Shown: positions 50,000 through 60,463 of the stretch, piece after piece
How the letters are laid out: each line of letters opens with the position of its first letter
Numbering within the stretch: position 1 is the stretch's first letter
Assembly (NCBI GenBank): GCA_965248835.1
Contig: CBDFLJ010000002.1
Location: 1,472,001-1,536,000, forward strand
Direction of reading: 5' to 3'
DNA: 64,000 nucleotides
Origin: Alphaproteobacteria bacterium
Lineage (GTDB): Bacteria; Pseudomonadota; Alphaproteobacteria; MPNO01
Position numbers and translations under genes: made by a program
Notes under the pieces: model-generated
What the model saw: the letters and a program-made list of their open reading frames with translations, nothing else
Told to the model about the DNA's origin: nothing
Databases searched by the model: none

Positions 50000-50614
50000 C
50001 TAGCCCGATCCGCCGCCCGGCTTGCCGGACAACAGTGATACGGCGAGCTGCTCCAGCTTGGCGAGCCGTTCATCGATCTCGACGAGTCTGCGTTTCAGCG
50101 CCTCGGTCTCGTTATCGCCGGGCGCGGCAGGCTCGGGGGGCTCGCGGTCCCGCCGCTGTGTGGTGAACATGCTCAGGGACCGCTGGAACTCCTGCAGGTT
50201 GTGGCGCGAGACCTCGGCCAACTGCTCGACCGCCGCGGTACCGTCGAACATGCCGTGCATCTGCTTGGTGAAGCTTCGCTGCTGGCTCGCGAACACGTCC
50301 ATGCTGTGTTGGAGATAGCTGGCGAGCTGCGGGCCGACGCCTTCGCCACAGGCTTTCAGCACCTGGCGAAGATATTCGTGCGGCAGCACGCCGTGCCCCT
50401 TGATCTCCTCCTCGGCGATGATCTGCGCCAAGACCGACGAGGTGATGTCCCGCCCGGATTTCTCCTCGCGCACGACGAACTGCTGGCCCTCCTTCACCAT
50501 CCGGTGGAGGTCGTCCAACGTCACGAACGAGGCGGTCGCGCTGTTGTAAAGCCGCCGGTTGGCGTACTTCTTGATGACGATCGGCTCCGCTGCCTCGGCG
50601 CCCCGGTCGGTCAA
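50000..50614 (-). CDS. phaR: PHA synthesis repressor PhaR
   Basis: IKKYANRRLYN and DITSSVLAQII motifs. Confidence 0.92.
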   Translation of the reverse strand: MTDRGAEAAEPIVIKKYANRRLYNSATASFVTLDDLHRMVKEGQQFVVREEKSGRDITSSVLAQIIAEEEIKGHGVLPHEYLRQVLKACGEGVGPQLASYLQHSMDVFASQQRSFTKQMHGMFDGTAAVEQLAEVSRHNLQEFQRSLSMFTTQRRDREPPEPAAPGDNETEALKRRLVEIDERLAKLEQLAVSLLSGKPGGGSG

Positions 50615-50692
50615 AATCGTCTCGCTCCGTGCTGATTGCGCAGGCCCATCTTGTCACGGCTAGGACGGTTTTGTCATGCGAAATAACGTTTA

Positions 50693-50760
50693 TTTTGCGA
50701 TGCAAAAATATCCTTGACACGAGCGGATTTTTGGGAATTATGGCGTTTACGCGTTGCAAA
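50693..50760 (+). promoter_or_regulatory. Putative PhaR operator and sigma70 promoter of the phasin gene
   Basis: Palindrome TTTTGC-GAT-GCAAAA (50693-50707), TTGACA at 50714 and a second CGC-GTT-GCA site near 50750. Confidence 0.6.
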
Positions 50761-50796
50761 AACTCGTTTGCCTTACCGAACCCCGAGGAGCTGACC

Positions 50797-51327
50797 ATGA
50801 CGACCGAGAAAACCACCGGTTCGACCGCCCAGGAAGCCGCCGCCGAGGCCGTGGAGACCATCGCGAGCGCCGGCAGGGAAACCCTGGAGACCGTAATGAA
50901 GCTCGGCGCCGATACCGCGACCGAGGGCTACAAGAATGCCGCCGTCTACGGTCGGCAGCAGGCCGACATGGCCCGTTCGGCCTACGACAAGGCCCTGAGC
51001 TACGGCCGCGACAATGTCGATGCGATGGCCGAAGCCTCGGCGCTCACGATCGCCGGTGCGGAGGCCTGTCTGGCCGAGATGGCCGATTGCACCAAGACCG
51101 CCATGGCGGAAAACCTCGAGCTGATGCAGCGCGCGTTCTCGGTCGCCTCGCCGCGGGAGCTCCTCGACATCCAGATCGAGGCGGGCAACCGTTCGGTCAA
51201 CCTGATGATCGCGCAGACGACGAAGATGAACCAGATCCTCACCGAATCCGCGGCCAAGGCGTGCGTTCCGATCAAGGCGCGCCTGGACGAGGCGATGGAG
51301 GTATTCGTCAAGCCTGAGGCGGTTTGA
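50797..51327 (+). CDS. phaP: Phasin
   Basis: Ala-rich helical protein with SPRELLDIQ and PIKAR; lies between phaR and phaC. Confidence 0.8.
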   Translation: MTTEKTTGSTAQEAAAEAVETIASAGRETLETVMKLGADTATEGYKNAAVYGRQQADMARSAYDKALSYGRDNVDAMAEASALTIAGAEACLAEMADCTKTAMAENLELMQRAFSVASPRELLDIQIEAGNRSVNLMIAQTTKMNQILTESAAKACVPIKARLDEAMEVFVKPEAV

Positions 51328-51459
51328 ACGAGCGGTCCTGAGGCGGGCTTGGCCGCCGGTCCGGCATGCAAGCTTTCGTTGGCCGCCGCGACCATCTAGA
51401 GTCGCAGGCAAGCGGCGCGTCCGGGTATCGGTGCCGCGTCCGCCCGGTGCAGGTGCGCC

Positions 51460-53229
51460 TTGAGCGATAACAAGACCCCGCATGCACAGGCGTGGCTCGC
51501 CGAGTTCGGCGAGACGCTGGGCCAATCGGCACGGGATTGGCAAGAGGGCTGGGCGCTCTGGCTGAACGGCATGGCCGGCACCGGCGAGGATCGCGGCGCG
51601 GGCCACGTTCCATCGGTCGTGAACATCGAGCCGGCGAAGGCGCTCGAGGCCCAGACCGAGCTCTGGCGCGACTTTCAGGCACTTTGGGTCAACACCACCG
51701 CACGGCTGATGGGCCAGGAGGCGCCGTCGGTCATCGCACCCGAGGCGGGCGACAACCGGTTCAAGGACGCCGAGTGGACCGACAACCCGATCTTCGATTT
51801 CCTCAAACAGTCCTACCTGCTCAATGCCCGTTGGCTGCGCCGGACCCTGGCGGAGGTCGAGGGGTTGGACAAGCGCGAGGCGGACACGCTCGATTTCATG
51901 GGCCGCCTGATCGTCGATGCATTCTCGCCGGCGAATTTCGCCCTCACCAACCCGACGGTCATGCGCGAGATGCGCCAGACCAGGGGCGAGAGCCTGATCC
52001 GGGGGGCTCGCCAGCTCGCGGAGGACTTGCGGGACGCCGAGCACGGCCTGCAACCCAAGCAGGTCGACATGGACGCGTTCGAGGTCGGCGGCAATATCGC
52101 GGTCAGCCCCGGCGCCGTCGTCTTCCAGACCCCGATCATGCAGCTTCTGCAGTACCAGCCGTCCACCGAGAAGGTCTACAAGAAGCCGCTTCTGATCATC
52201 CCGCCGTGGATCAACAAGTTCTACATTCTCGATCTCAGACCCGACAACTCGTTCATTCGCTGGGCGACCGAGCAGGGCTATACCGTCTTCCTGATCTCCT
52301 GGGTAAACCCCGAGGAGAGCCACGCGGAACTGGGGTTCGACGACTATGCCCGCGAGGGCATCTTCGCCGCCCTGGATGCGATCGAAAAGGCGACCGGCGA
52401 GACGCGGGTCTCGGCGATCGGCTATTGCATCGGCGGGACGCTCCTGGCAGCCACGCTCGCCTTCATGGCGGCCAACGGCGATGACCGGATCGCCGCAGCG
52501 ACCTTCTTCGCCGCCCAGGTCGATTTCGAAGACGCCGGCGATCTGCTGGTATTCACCGATCAGGCCCATTTGGAGCCGCTCGAGCGCCAGATCCGGGAGA
52601 AGGGCTATCTCGACGGCGCCAACATGGCGGCGACCTTCAACGCGCTCCGGGCGAACGATCTGATCTGGTACTTCGTGATCAACAACTACCTTTTGGGGAA
52701 GGAGCCGCCGGCGTTCGATCTGCTGTACTGGAACGCCGATTCGACAAACTTCCCGGGGCGCTTGTTCATCGATTACGTGCGCAACATGTACCAGCAGAAC
52801 AACCTTGCCCGGCCCGGCGGGTTCGAACTCCTCGGCCAGGGCGTTGACCTCGGCGCGGTGAACATCCCGACATATATTCAGGCGAGCAGGGACGACCACA
52901 TCGCCCCGGCCGTCTCGGTCTACAAGATGATCGGATTGCTCGGCGGACAGAAGCGGTTCGTGCTTGCGGGCTCGGGCCATATTGCGGGTGTGATCAACCC
53001 GCCGGCGCAGAACAAGTACCAGCACTGGCTGGCCGAAGGCGGAGCGTTTCCCGCCGATTTCGAGGCCTGGCGCGAGGGTGCCGTCGAGCATCCGGGCTCG
53101 TGGTGGCCGGACTGGCATCGTTGGCTGTCCCGCCGGTCCGGCCGAAAGGTGCCTGCCCGCACCCCCGGCGACGGCGGGCTTGCGGTGCTGGAGCCCGCGC
53201 CCGGCACCTACGTCATGAAACGCGCCTGA
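51460..53229 (+). CDS. phaC: Class I PHA synthase
   Basis: PPWINKFYILDL, GYCIGG, LYWNAD, DHIAP, SGHIAG and GSWW motifs. Confidence 0.95.
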   Translation: MSDNKTPHAQAWLAEFGETLGQSARDWQEGWALWLNGMAGTGEDRGAGHVPSVVNIEPAKALEAQTELWRDFQALWVNTTARLMGQEAPSVIAPEAGDNRFKDAEWTDNPIFDFLKQSYLLNARWLRRTLAEVEGLDKREADTLDFMGRLIVDAFSPANFALTNPTVMREMRQTRGESLIRGARQLAEDLRDAEHGLQPKQVDMDAFEVGGNIAVSPGAVVFQTPIMQLLQYQPSTEKVYKKPLLIIPPWINKFYILDLRPDNSFIRWATEQGYTVFLISWVNPEESHAELGFDDYAREGIFAALDAIEKATGETRVSAIGYCIGGTLLAATLAFMAANGDDRIAAATFFAAQVDFEDAGDLLVFTDQAHLEPLERQIREKGYLDGANMAATFNALRANDLIWYFVINNYLLGKEPPAFDLLYWNADSTNFPGRLFIDYVRNMYQQNNLARPGGFELLGQGVDLGAVNIPTYIQASRDDHIAPAVSVYKMIGLLGGQKRFVLAGSGHIAGVINPPAQNKYQHWLAEGGAFPADFEAWREGAVEHPGSWWPDWHRWLSRRSGRKVPARTPGDGGLAVLEPAPGTYVMKRA

Positions 53230-53256
53230 CGAGTGTGCGAAGACAGGAAAGCCCCG

Positions 53257-53493
53257 ATGAAATTCTCGATCGATATCGAATGCTCACCCAAGGAGGCCCG
53301 GCAGTTCCTGGGCCTTCCCGATGTCGAAGAATTCCAACAGCGCATGATGGACCAGGTCCAGGACAAGCTCGGCGGCCACATCGCCGCGATGGATCCGGAG
53401 GCGCTGATGAAGACCTGGCTGCCGCTCGGCGCGCAAGCCTGGGAGGCGTTTCAGAAGTCTTTCGCCCAAGGATTCGCCAAACCCAAGGAATAA
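53257..53493 (+). CDS. DUF6489-like small protein
   Basis: IDIECSPKEARQFLGLPDV motif. Confidence 0.75.
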   Translation: MKFSIDIECSPKEARQFLGLPDVEEFQQRMMDQVQDKLGGHIAAMDPEALMKTWLPLGAQAWEAFQKSFAQGFAKPKE

Positions 53494-53529
53494 CCGGGAC
53501 CTTGGGGCATACTCACGGAAGCCGATGAC

Positions 53530-53985
53530 ATGGATACCACTGCTATCCCGCCGAGCGCGGCCGAGCTGCACGGATATTATATCGAGGATCTCAAGCCCGG
53601 CATGACGGCGGTCTTCGGCAAGACGATCTCCGAGGCCGACATTACCCTGTTTGCCGGCGTGTCGGGCGACACCAACCCGCTGCATCTCAACGCCGAATAT
53701 GCCGCAGCGAGCCGCTTCGAAGGGCGGGTTGCGCACGGCATGCTGACGGCAGGCCTGATCTCGGCGGTGATCGCGACGCGGCTGCCCGGTGCGGGCGCGA
53801 TCTATCGCAGCCAGAGCCTGCGCTTCACCGCTCCGGTGCGGCCAGGCGATACGGTGACGGCCCGAGTGACGGTCATCGACATCGATCGCGAAAGACATCG
53901 GGCACGGCTTGCGACCGTCTGCAGCGTGGGGGAGACCGTCGTCATCGACGGCGAAGCCGAGGTCTGGGTGCCCTCACGGACCTGA
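53530..53985 (+). CDS. phaJ: (R)-specific enoyl-CoA hydratase, MaoC family
   Basis: SGDTNPLH, AHGML and F.APV..GD motifs. Confidence 0.85.
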   Translation: MDTTAIPPSAAELHGYYIEDLKPGMTAVFGKTISEADITLFAGVSGDTNPLHLNAEYAAASRFEGRVAHGMLTAGLISAVIATRLPGAGAIYRSQSLRFTAPVRPGDTVTARVTVIDIDRERHRARLATVCSVGETVVIDGEAEVWVPSRT

Positions 53986-54078
53986 ACGCGGCCCGTCGCG
54001 CGCACGGACCGGACTCGATGGACGGCCGGCGCAGCCCGGCATAGAATTCGATCGTCGCGTGGACGGGAGGGGTCGATC

Positions 54079-54903
54079 ATGGCCTTGCAGATCAACCGGC
54101 TGTCCGAGCCTTTGGGCGCAGAAATCTTCGGGATCGACCGGAAGGAAGAGGTGCCGGAGGAAACCGCGGACGCGTTGCGCCAGGCGGTCCTCGATCACCA
54201 TCTGATCGTGCTCCGCGACCAGCATGCCGAGCCGGCCGACCACAAGCGGTTCTGCGAGCTGTTCGGCGAGATCCAGCCGCAGCGCGTGGCCGCGGAGCTG
54301 GAGTCCAAAGACCATGTCGGGATGATGTTCGTCGGCAACGCGCGCCAGGATGCGATGCTGCAGAACGGCGAGATGTGGCTGCATTCCGACCAGTGCTACT
54401 TCGAGGTGCCGAACAACTTCACCTCGCTGCAGGCGATCACGGTCACCAAAACCGGCGGCAACACGCGGTTCGCCAATTGCCATCTGGCCTACGAGGACCT
54501 GCCGGAGGACGCAAAGGCCCGGCTCGAAGGGCTGCGCGGCATGAACATCTATGACTACAACGACCGGAACCAGCACAAGAAGACGGGTCCGCGCGACCCG
54601 GACGCCCCGCGCTATGCACACCCGCTGGTCCGCACGCACCCGGAGACCGGGCGCAAGTCGCTCTACCTCAACCGGCTGATGACCGATTATATCCTCGACA
54701 TGGACGAGGCCGAGTCACGGGCGTGGCTCGAACGCCTTCATGACCAGGTCGAAGACGATCGGTTCGTCTACGAGCATCGATGGCGGGAAGGCGACCTCGC
54801 CATCTGGGACAACCGGTGCGTGCTGCACGGTCGGACCGATTTCGATCCTGCCGAGCCCCGTCTGCTGCGGCGCTTCTGCGTCATCGGCGAGACGCCGTAC
54901 TGA
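54079..54903 (+). CDS. TauD/TfdA Fe(II)/2-oxoglutarate dioxygenase
   Basis: HSD, HPLVRTHPETGRK and WDNRCVLH motifs. Confidence 0.9.
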   Translation: MALQINRLSEPLGAEIFGIDRKEEVPEETADALRQAVLDHHLIVLRDQHAEPADHKRFCELFGEIQPQRVAAELESKDHVGMMFVGNARQDAMLQNGEMWLHSDQCYFEVPNNFTSLQAITVTKTGGNTRFANCHLAYEDLPEDAKARLEGLRGMNIYDYNDRNQHKKTGPRDPDAPRYAHPLVRTHPETGRKSLYLNRLMTDYILDMDEAESRAWLERLHDQVEDDRFVYEHRWREGDLAIWDNRCVLHGRTDFDPAEPRLLRRFCVIGETPY

Positions 54904-54930
54904 CCCCGCGCCCGTCACCGCACCGTGCCG

Positions 54931-55569
54931 CTAGAATCCCTGCGCGAGGCTGTTGACGAATCGCGGCATCCCGACCTGGCGGTCGCGCTTAAGACGCTCG
55001 GCGGCAAGGATCGCCTGGACCGCGACGATGCTGTCCTCGATCTCGCGGTTGACGACGATGTAGTCGTATTCGGCCCAGTGGCTCATCTCTTCGGGCGCCT
55101 TTTTCATACGCGCCTCGACGACCTCGTCGGGATCCTGCGCGCGCCGGTGCAGCCGCCGGTGCAGCTCGTCCGTCGACGGCGGCAGGATGAACACGCTGAC
55201 CAGATCGGCGCGCGCGCTCTCGGCGAGCTGCTGGGTGCCCTGCCAGTCGATGTCGAACAGAACGTCACGGCCGGCCTCCAGCGCCGCCTCCACCGGGGCG
55301 CGCGGCGTGCCGTAGTAATGGCCGAACACCTTGGCGTGCTCCAGCAGGGCGCCTGCCGCGCGCATTTCCTCGAACGCGCTGGTCGCCACGAAGTCATAGT
55401 CGCGGCCCGGAACTTCCCCCGGCCGCTTGGCCCGCGTCGTCGCCGAGATCGACAGCGCGAGGTTGCTGTCCCGCTCCAGAAGCATCCGCGAGATCGTGGT
55501 CTTGCCCGCCCCCGAAGGCGAGGACAGCACCAGCATGAGTCCGCGGCGCCGGATTCCGTTTGCCGACAT
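54931..55569 (-). CDS. gmk: Guanylate kinase
   Basis: SSPSGAGKTT, YYGTP and DIDWQG motifs. Confidence 0.95.
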   Translation of the reverse strand: MSANGIRRRGLMLVLSSPSGAGKTTISRMLLERDSNLALSISATTRAKRPGEVPGRDYDFVATSAFEEMRAAGALLEHAKVFGHYYGTPRAPVEAALEAGRDVLFDIDWQGTQQLAESARADLVSVFILPPSTDELHRRLHRRAQDPDEVVEARMKKAPEEMSHWAEYDYIVVNREIEDSIVAVQAILAAERLKRDRQVGMPRFVNSLAQGF

Positions 55570-55571
55570 GG

Positions 55572-56513
55572 CTACTCGATATTCTGGACCTGCTCGCGCA
55601 GGCGCTCGATGGCGGCCTTGAGGTCGAGCCCGATCCGTGTGAGCTCCAGGTTGGCGGACTTGGAGCACAGCGTGTTGGCTTCTCGGGTGAACTCCTGGCA
55701 CAGGAAATCGAGCTTGCGCCCGACCGCGCCGCCGGTGCCGACAAGCGCGCGCGCTGCCACGACATGGGATGCCAACCGGTCGATCTCCTCGCGGACATCG
55801 GCGCGCGCGGCGAGATAGGCGACTTCCTGGGTCAGCCGATCCTCGGGCAGCGGCGGCTCCGCGCCCAACAGCTCCTGGAGCTGTTGGCGAAGCCGGGCGC
55901 GAAAGGCTTCGGGCTCGGCGTCGGCAATCCGGGCCGCTTCATCCGACAAGGTGGCGATCTCGCCCAAATGGCCGTCGAGGAGAGTCTCGAGCCGCACGCC
56001 CTCCTCGCACCGCGAGGCGGCAAGCGCGTCGAGCGCGCTGCCGAGCGATGCGATCATCGCCTCCAGCCGAGGTTCGCGCGTCCCCTCGTCCTCTTCATCC
56101 TCCAGGGCCGCCAGAACGCCGGGCAGCGCCATGATCGCCTCCAGCCGCGCCGGCGGAGCGTCGACGCGCCGGCGCAGCGCGTCATGAATCGCGAGCAGCT
56201 TGTCGAGGACCGGCTCGTTGACCCGGACATCGGGGATGCGCTGCGTGCGGACCGGCGCCAGGTGAACCGAAAGCGTCCCGCGGCTGAACCGCTCGCGCGC
56301 CAATTCGCGGGCACGCGGCTCCAGCGCTCCGTAGCCGTTGGGCAGGCGCATCCGGATGTCGAGATTGCGGGCGTTGACCGACTTGACTTCCCAGGCCCAC
56401 CGGGCGCCGTCGAACTCACCCTCGACGCGGGCGAAACCGGTCATGCTCTGCAACGCCGCGGCGGCCTTTGTCCGGATTTCCTTGCCGCCCTTCTTCGCCG
56501 TCCGCTCGGCCAT
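55572..56513 (-). CDS. yicC: YicC/YloC-family endoribonuclease
   Basis: SMTGFAR, EVKSVN, GRKLDFLCQE and REQVQNIE motifs. Confidence 0.93.
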   Translation of the reverse strand: MAERTAKKGGKEIRTKAAAALQSMTGFARVEGEFDGARWAWEVKSVNARNLDIRMRLPNGYGALEPRARELARERFSRGTLSVHLAPVRTQRIPDVRVNEPVLDKLLAIHDALRRRVDAPPARLEAIMALPGVLAALEDEEDEGTREPRLEAMIASLGSALDALAASRCEEGVRLETLLDGHLGEIATLSDEAARIADAEPEAFRARLRQQLQELLGAEPPLPEDRLTQEVAYLAARADVREEIDRLASHVVAARALVGTGGAVGRKLDFLCQEFTREANTLCSKSANLELTRIGLDLKAAIERLREQVQNIE

Positions 56514-56582
56514 GGCGCCCTGTTCGAATAACACCGGCGACCCGGCCGGCAATCGGTGCACGCCGGGCGGCCGGGGCGGCTC

Positions 56583-56610
56583 TATATAGTCCAATTCGCG
56601 GTTCCGGCAA
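56583..56610 (-). promoter_or_regulatory. Putative sigma70 promoter of yicC-gmk
   Basis: TTGCCG-N16-TATATA on the minus strand. Confidence 0.45.
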
Positions 56611-56697
56611 ATCAGTCCTCGTCCTCGCCGAGGCGGCTTGTATCATGACACGGCCAGACCGCGCTCACCGGAACGAACCATCAGGTAGCGTCAAAGC

Positions 56698-57480
56698 ATG
56701 TTCCGAACACGGCGGACCGTTCCGGAGCCGCGCTCGATCCTGATCACCGGGGCCTCGAGCGGCATCGGCGCGGCGCTGGCGCGGCGCTACGCCGGGACCG
56801 GCAGGACGCTCTTCCTGGGCGGCCGCGACGAAGAGCGCCTGGGCGCCGTCGCAGCCGATTGCCGCAAGGCCGGCGCCACCGCCGAGACCGCATCGGTCGA
56901 GGCGAGCGACCCGGCGGCGAGCGCGCGCTGGATCGAAGCCGCGGACGACTCGGCACCGCTCGACCTGGTGATCGCCAACGCCGGCATATCGGCCGGCACC
57001 GGCGGCGCCGGGGAGGACGAGGACCAGACGCGGCGGATCTTCGCGGTCAATATCGAAGGCGTCGCCAACACGGTCTTGCCGGCGCTCGGCCGGATGCTGC
57101 CCCGTGGGCGCGGGCAGATCGCGATCATGTCCTCGCTGGCGGGCCTGCGCGGCTTTCCCGGCGCGCCGGCCTACGCGGCATCGAAGGCCGCCGTTCGGGT
57201 GTGGGGCGAATCGCTACGCGCCCACCACGCGCCGGACGGCATCCGGGTCTCGGTCATCTGTCCCGGCTTCATAGCCACCCCGATGACCGCGCCAAACCGA
57301 TTCCGTATGCCGCTGTTGATGGACGCGGAGCGCGCTGCGGGCATCATACAGCGCGGTCTGGTGCGCGATTGCGGGCGAATCGCGTTTCCCGGACCTCTGT
57401 ATGCCCTGCTCCTGCTGTTCACCGCCCTGCCCGGCTCGATCGTCGATCCGGTTCTGCGGCGCCTGCCGCGCAAGGACTGA
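56698..57480 (+). CDS. Short-chain dehydrogenase/reductase
   Basis: TGASSGIG, NAG, YAASK and PGFI.TPMT motifs. Confidence 0.9.
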   Translation: MFRTRRTVPEPRSILITGASSGIGAALARRYAGTGRTLFLGGRDEERLGAVAADCRKAGATAETASVEASDPAASARWIEAADDSAPLDLVIANAGISAGTGGAGEDEDQTRRIFAVNIEGVANTVLPALGRMLPRGRGQIAIMSSLAGLRGFPGAPAYAASKAAVRVWGESLRAHHAPDGIRVSVICPGFIATPMTAPNRFRMPLLMDAERAAGIIQRGLVRDCGRIAFPGPLYALLLLFTALPGSIVDPVLRRLPRKD

Positions 57481-57558
57481 GACGGCAGAGGATTTTCGGC
57501 TCGCGCGGAGACAGCCGCCTCGCTTAGACTCCCTGGCGGCCGTCAAGGGGAATTTCCC

Positions 57559-58884
57559 ATGGAACCGATTTCGATCGTTTTGGCGGCGGTCGCGCTCGTC
57601 ATCGGCGCGGCCGCGTCCTGGATCGCCCGCAACGGCGAGATCGCAAGGCTGGCTGCGGCGCGCGACGCCGAGCGTGCCCGCGCCGATTCGCTCGGCCGCG
57701 ACCTGGAGACCGAGCGCATCGCCCTCGCCGCGGCGCGCACGCGGCTGGACGCGCTGGGCGGGATGCGGGAGAGCGTCGAGAAAGACCTCAAGGTGCTCAC
57801 CGGTCAGGCGCTGAAGGAGAATCAGGCCACTTTCCTCAGCCTCGCCAACGAGATCATGGACAAGCACACCAAGCTGGCCGCCGGCGCGCTGGACCAGCGC
57901 CAGACGGCGATCAAGAACCTGGTCGAGCCAATGGAGAAGACGCTCGCGGAATACCGCAAGAACCTCCAGGAGATCGAACACAACCGCAAACAGGCCTATG
58001 GCAGCCTGACCGCCGAGATCAAGAACGTCGCCGAGGCCCAGGAACGCGTGCGCACGGAGGCCTCGAAGCTGGTCAATGCGCTGCGCTCCGCGCCCAAGAG
58101 CAGCGGGCGCTGGGGCGAGGAGACCTTGCGCAACATCCTCGAGCTGTCCGGCATGACGGCCCATTGCGATTTCGTCACCGAGCCTGCGCTCGAACACGGC
58201 AACGCGCTGCTGAGGCCCGACGTGATCATCCGCCTGCCGGGTGGCGGCGCGATGGTGATCGATGCCAAGACGCCGCTGTCAGCCTACATGGAGGCCGTCG
58301 AGGCGGTCGACGACCGCGAACGCGAGGCCCACCTGGCCCGGCATGCCCAGCAGGTCCGCGCCCACATGCGCCAGCTCGCCGCCAAGGGCTACCAGAACGC
58401 TCTGGAGATCAGCCCCGATTACGTCGTGATGTTCGTTCCCGGAGACAACTTCTACGCGGCGGCGATGGAGCGGGACCCGGACTTGTACATGGACGCCTTC
58501 AAGCAGCAGGTGGTCATCGTCTCGCCCACCACACTGCTCGGGCTCGCCAAGACCATCGCCTTTGGATGGCGGCAGGAAAACGTCGCCAACAACGCCCGCC
58601 AGATCGCCGATCTCGGCCGCGAGCTCTACCGCCGGCTGGCGACGATGGGCGAGCACATCAATTCGCTCGGCCGCGAGATGGGACGCTCGGTCAAGGCCTA
58701 TAACGCCTTCATCGGCAGCCTCGAGGGCAAGGTCATGCCACAGGCGCGACGGTTCTCCGAGCTCGACGTCGAAGGCGCCGGGAGCGCTCTCGAAGAGGTC
58801 CGGATCGTCGATGAGGAGATCCGCCTGCCGCGCGAGAACCACGACCTGATCCTCGGTCCGCGCGAAGGAGAGGCTGCCGAATAG
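57559..58884 (+). CDS. rmuC: DNA recombination protein RmuC
   Basis: GRWGEETL, RPDVIIRLPG, IDAK and SPTTL motifs. Confidence 0.92.
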   Translation: MEPISIVLAAVALVIGAAASWIARNGEIARLAAARDAERARADSLGRDLETERIALAAARTRLDALGGMRESVEKDLKVLTGQALKENQATFLSLANEIMDKHTKLAAGALDQRQTAIKNLVEPMEKTLAEYRKNLQEIEHNRKQAYGSLTAEIKNVAEAQERVRTEASKLVNALRSAPKSSGRWGEETLRNILELSGMTAHCDFVTEPALEHGNALLRPDVIIRLPGGGAMVIDAKTPLSAYMEAVEAVDDREREAHLARHAQQVRAHMRQLAAKGYQNALEISPDYVVMFVPGDNFYAAAMERDPDLYMDAFKQQVVIVSPTTLLGLAKTIAFGWRQENVANNARQIADLGRELYRRLATMGEHINSLGREMGRSVKAYNAFIGSLEGKVMPQARRFSELDVEGAGSALEEVRIVDEEIRLPRENHDLILGPREGEAAE

Positions 58885-58920
58885 CGCATACCGGAGCGCC
58901 GCGCCGGCTGCGCGCCCGGA

Positions 58921-60183
58921 TCAGGGCGCGGCTGTGAAAATCAGCGTGGCGTTCGTGCCGCCGAATCCGAACGAATTGGACAGTGCGTTGCGGACCGGCC
59001 GCTCCTTCGCCTGTCCGGGCACGAGATCAAGATCGCACCCGTCGGAGGGATTCTCGAGGTTGAGCGTCGGCGGAACGATACCCTCGTTGATCGCCTTGAT
59101 GGAGAAGATTGCCTCGACACTGCCCGCGGCGCCAAGCAGATGCCCGATGGCGGACTTGGTCGAGGACATGGAAAGCGCGTAGGCATGCTGGCCGAACAGG
59201 CGCTTGACCGCTCCGAGCTCGATCTCGTCGCCGACCGGCGTCGAGGTGCCGTGAGCGTTGACGTAGTCGATGTCGTCGGGGTTGAGCCTGGCGCGCTTCA
59301 GCGCCGCCGCCATCGAGCGGTAGCCGCCGTTGCCGTCCTCCGGCGGCGCTGTGATGTGATGGGCATCGCCCGACATGCCGTACCCGATCACCTCGGCATA
59401 GATCTGTGCGCCGCGCTGCTTGGCGTGCTCGAACTCCTCGAGGACGACGATGCCGGCGCCCTCGCCCATCACGAACCCGTCGCGCTCACGGTCCCAGGGG
59501 CGCGAGGCGCGTTCCGGCGTGTCGTTGAAGGATGTCGAAAGCGCTCTGGCGGAGGCGAACCCGGCCAGGCCAAGCCGGCAGACCGCCGCCTCCGTGCCGC
59601 CGGCGACCATCACATCGGCGTCATCGAGCATGATCATCCGCGAGGCATCGCCGATCGCGTGCGCCCCGGTCGAGCACGCGGTAACCACCGCGTGGTTGGG
59701 GCCCTTGAACCCGTAACGGATCGACACATGCCCGGCGGCGAGATTGATCAGGCTTGCCGGGATGAAGAACGGCGTGACCCGCCGCGGACCGCGCTGGTCC
59801 AACGTGATCGCGCCATCGGCGATCACCGGCAGCCCGCCGATTCCCGAGCCGATCAGCACGCCCGTGCGCTCGCGCGCCTCATCGTCGTCCGGCACCCAGC
59901 CCGAATCCTCGATCGCCTCGACGCTCGCGGCCAGCGCATAGACGATGAAACGATCCATCTTGCGCCGGTCCTTCGCATCGGTGACCTGATCGGGGTCGAA
60001 CTGGCCCTGCGAGGAGTCGCCCAAGGGGACCTCGCCGGCGATCTTGCAAGGCAGGTCGGAGACATCGAAGGACTGGATGGCGCCGATTCCCGACTTGCCG
60101 TCGATCAACCGATTCCAGACATGACCGACGCCGACGCCGAGCGGAGTGATCAGCCCAAGACCGGTGACGACGACACGTCTCAT
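58921..60183 (-). CDS. fabF: 3-oxoacyl-ACP synthase II
   Basis: TACSTG, NAHGTST, GHLLGAAG and NSFGFGG motifs. Confidence 0.96.
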   Translation of the reverse strand: MRRVVVTGLGLITPLGVGVGHVWNRLIDGKSGIGAIQSFDVSDLPCKIAGEVPLGDSSQGQFDPDQVTDAKDRRKMDRFIVYALAASVEAIEDSGWVPDDDEARERTGVLIGSGIGGLPVIADGAITLDQRGPRRVTPFFIPASLINLAAGHVSIRYGFKGPNHAVVTACSTGAHAIGDASRMIMLDDADVMVAGGTEAAVCRLGLAGFASARALSTSFNDTPERASRPWDRERDGFVMGEGAGIVVLEEFEHAKQRGAQIYAEVIGYGMSGDAHHITAPPEDGNGGYRSMAAALKRARLNPDDIDYVNAHGTSTPVGDEIELGAVKRLFGQHAYALSMSSTKSAIGHLLGAAGSVEAIFSIKAINEGIVPPTLNLENPSDGCDLDLVPGQAKERPVRNALSNSFGFGGTNATLIFTAAP

Positions 60184-60223
60184 GTTCGAGTTCGGCGAAA
60201 CGTCTGCATCGCGCGCACTGGGC

Positions 60224-60463
60224 TCAGGCGTTGGCGTTTTCTTCGATGAAGGAGATCGCGTCCTTGACCGTCAGGATCTTCTCGGCGGCGTCATCGGGGA
60301 TCTCGCACCCGAACTCCTCTTCGAAGGCCATCACGAGCTCAACCGTATCGAGGCTGTCGGCCCCGAGATCGTCGATAAAGCTCGCGTTGTCGGTGACTTT
60401 GCCCTCGTCGACGCCAAGATGCTCGACGACGATCTTTTTTACGCGGTCTGGGGTGTCGCTCAT
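60224..60463 (-). CDS. acpP: Acyl carrier protein
   Basis: [20 protein letters not shown] motif. Confidence 0.97.
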   Translation of the reverse strand: MSDTPDRVKKIVVEHLGVDEGKVTDNASFIDDLGADSLDTVELVMAFEEEFGCEIPDDAAEKILTVKDAISFIEENANA

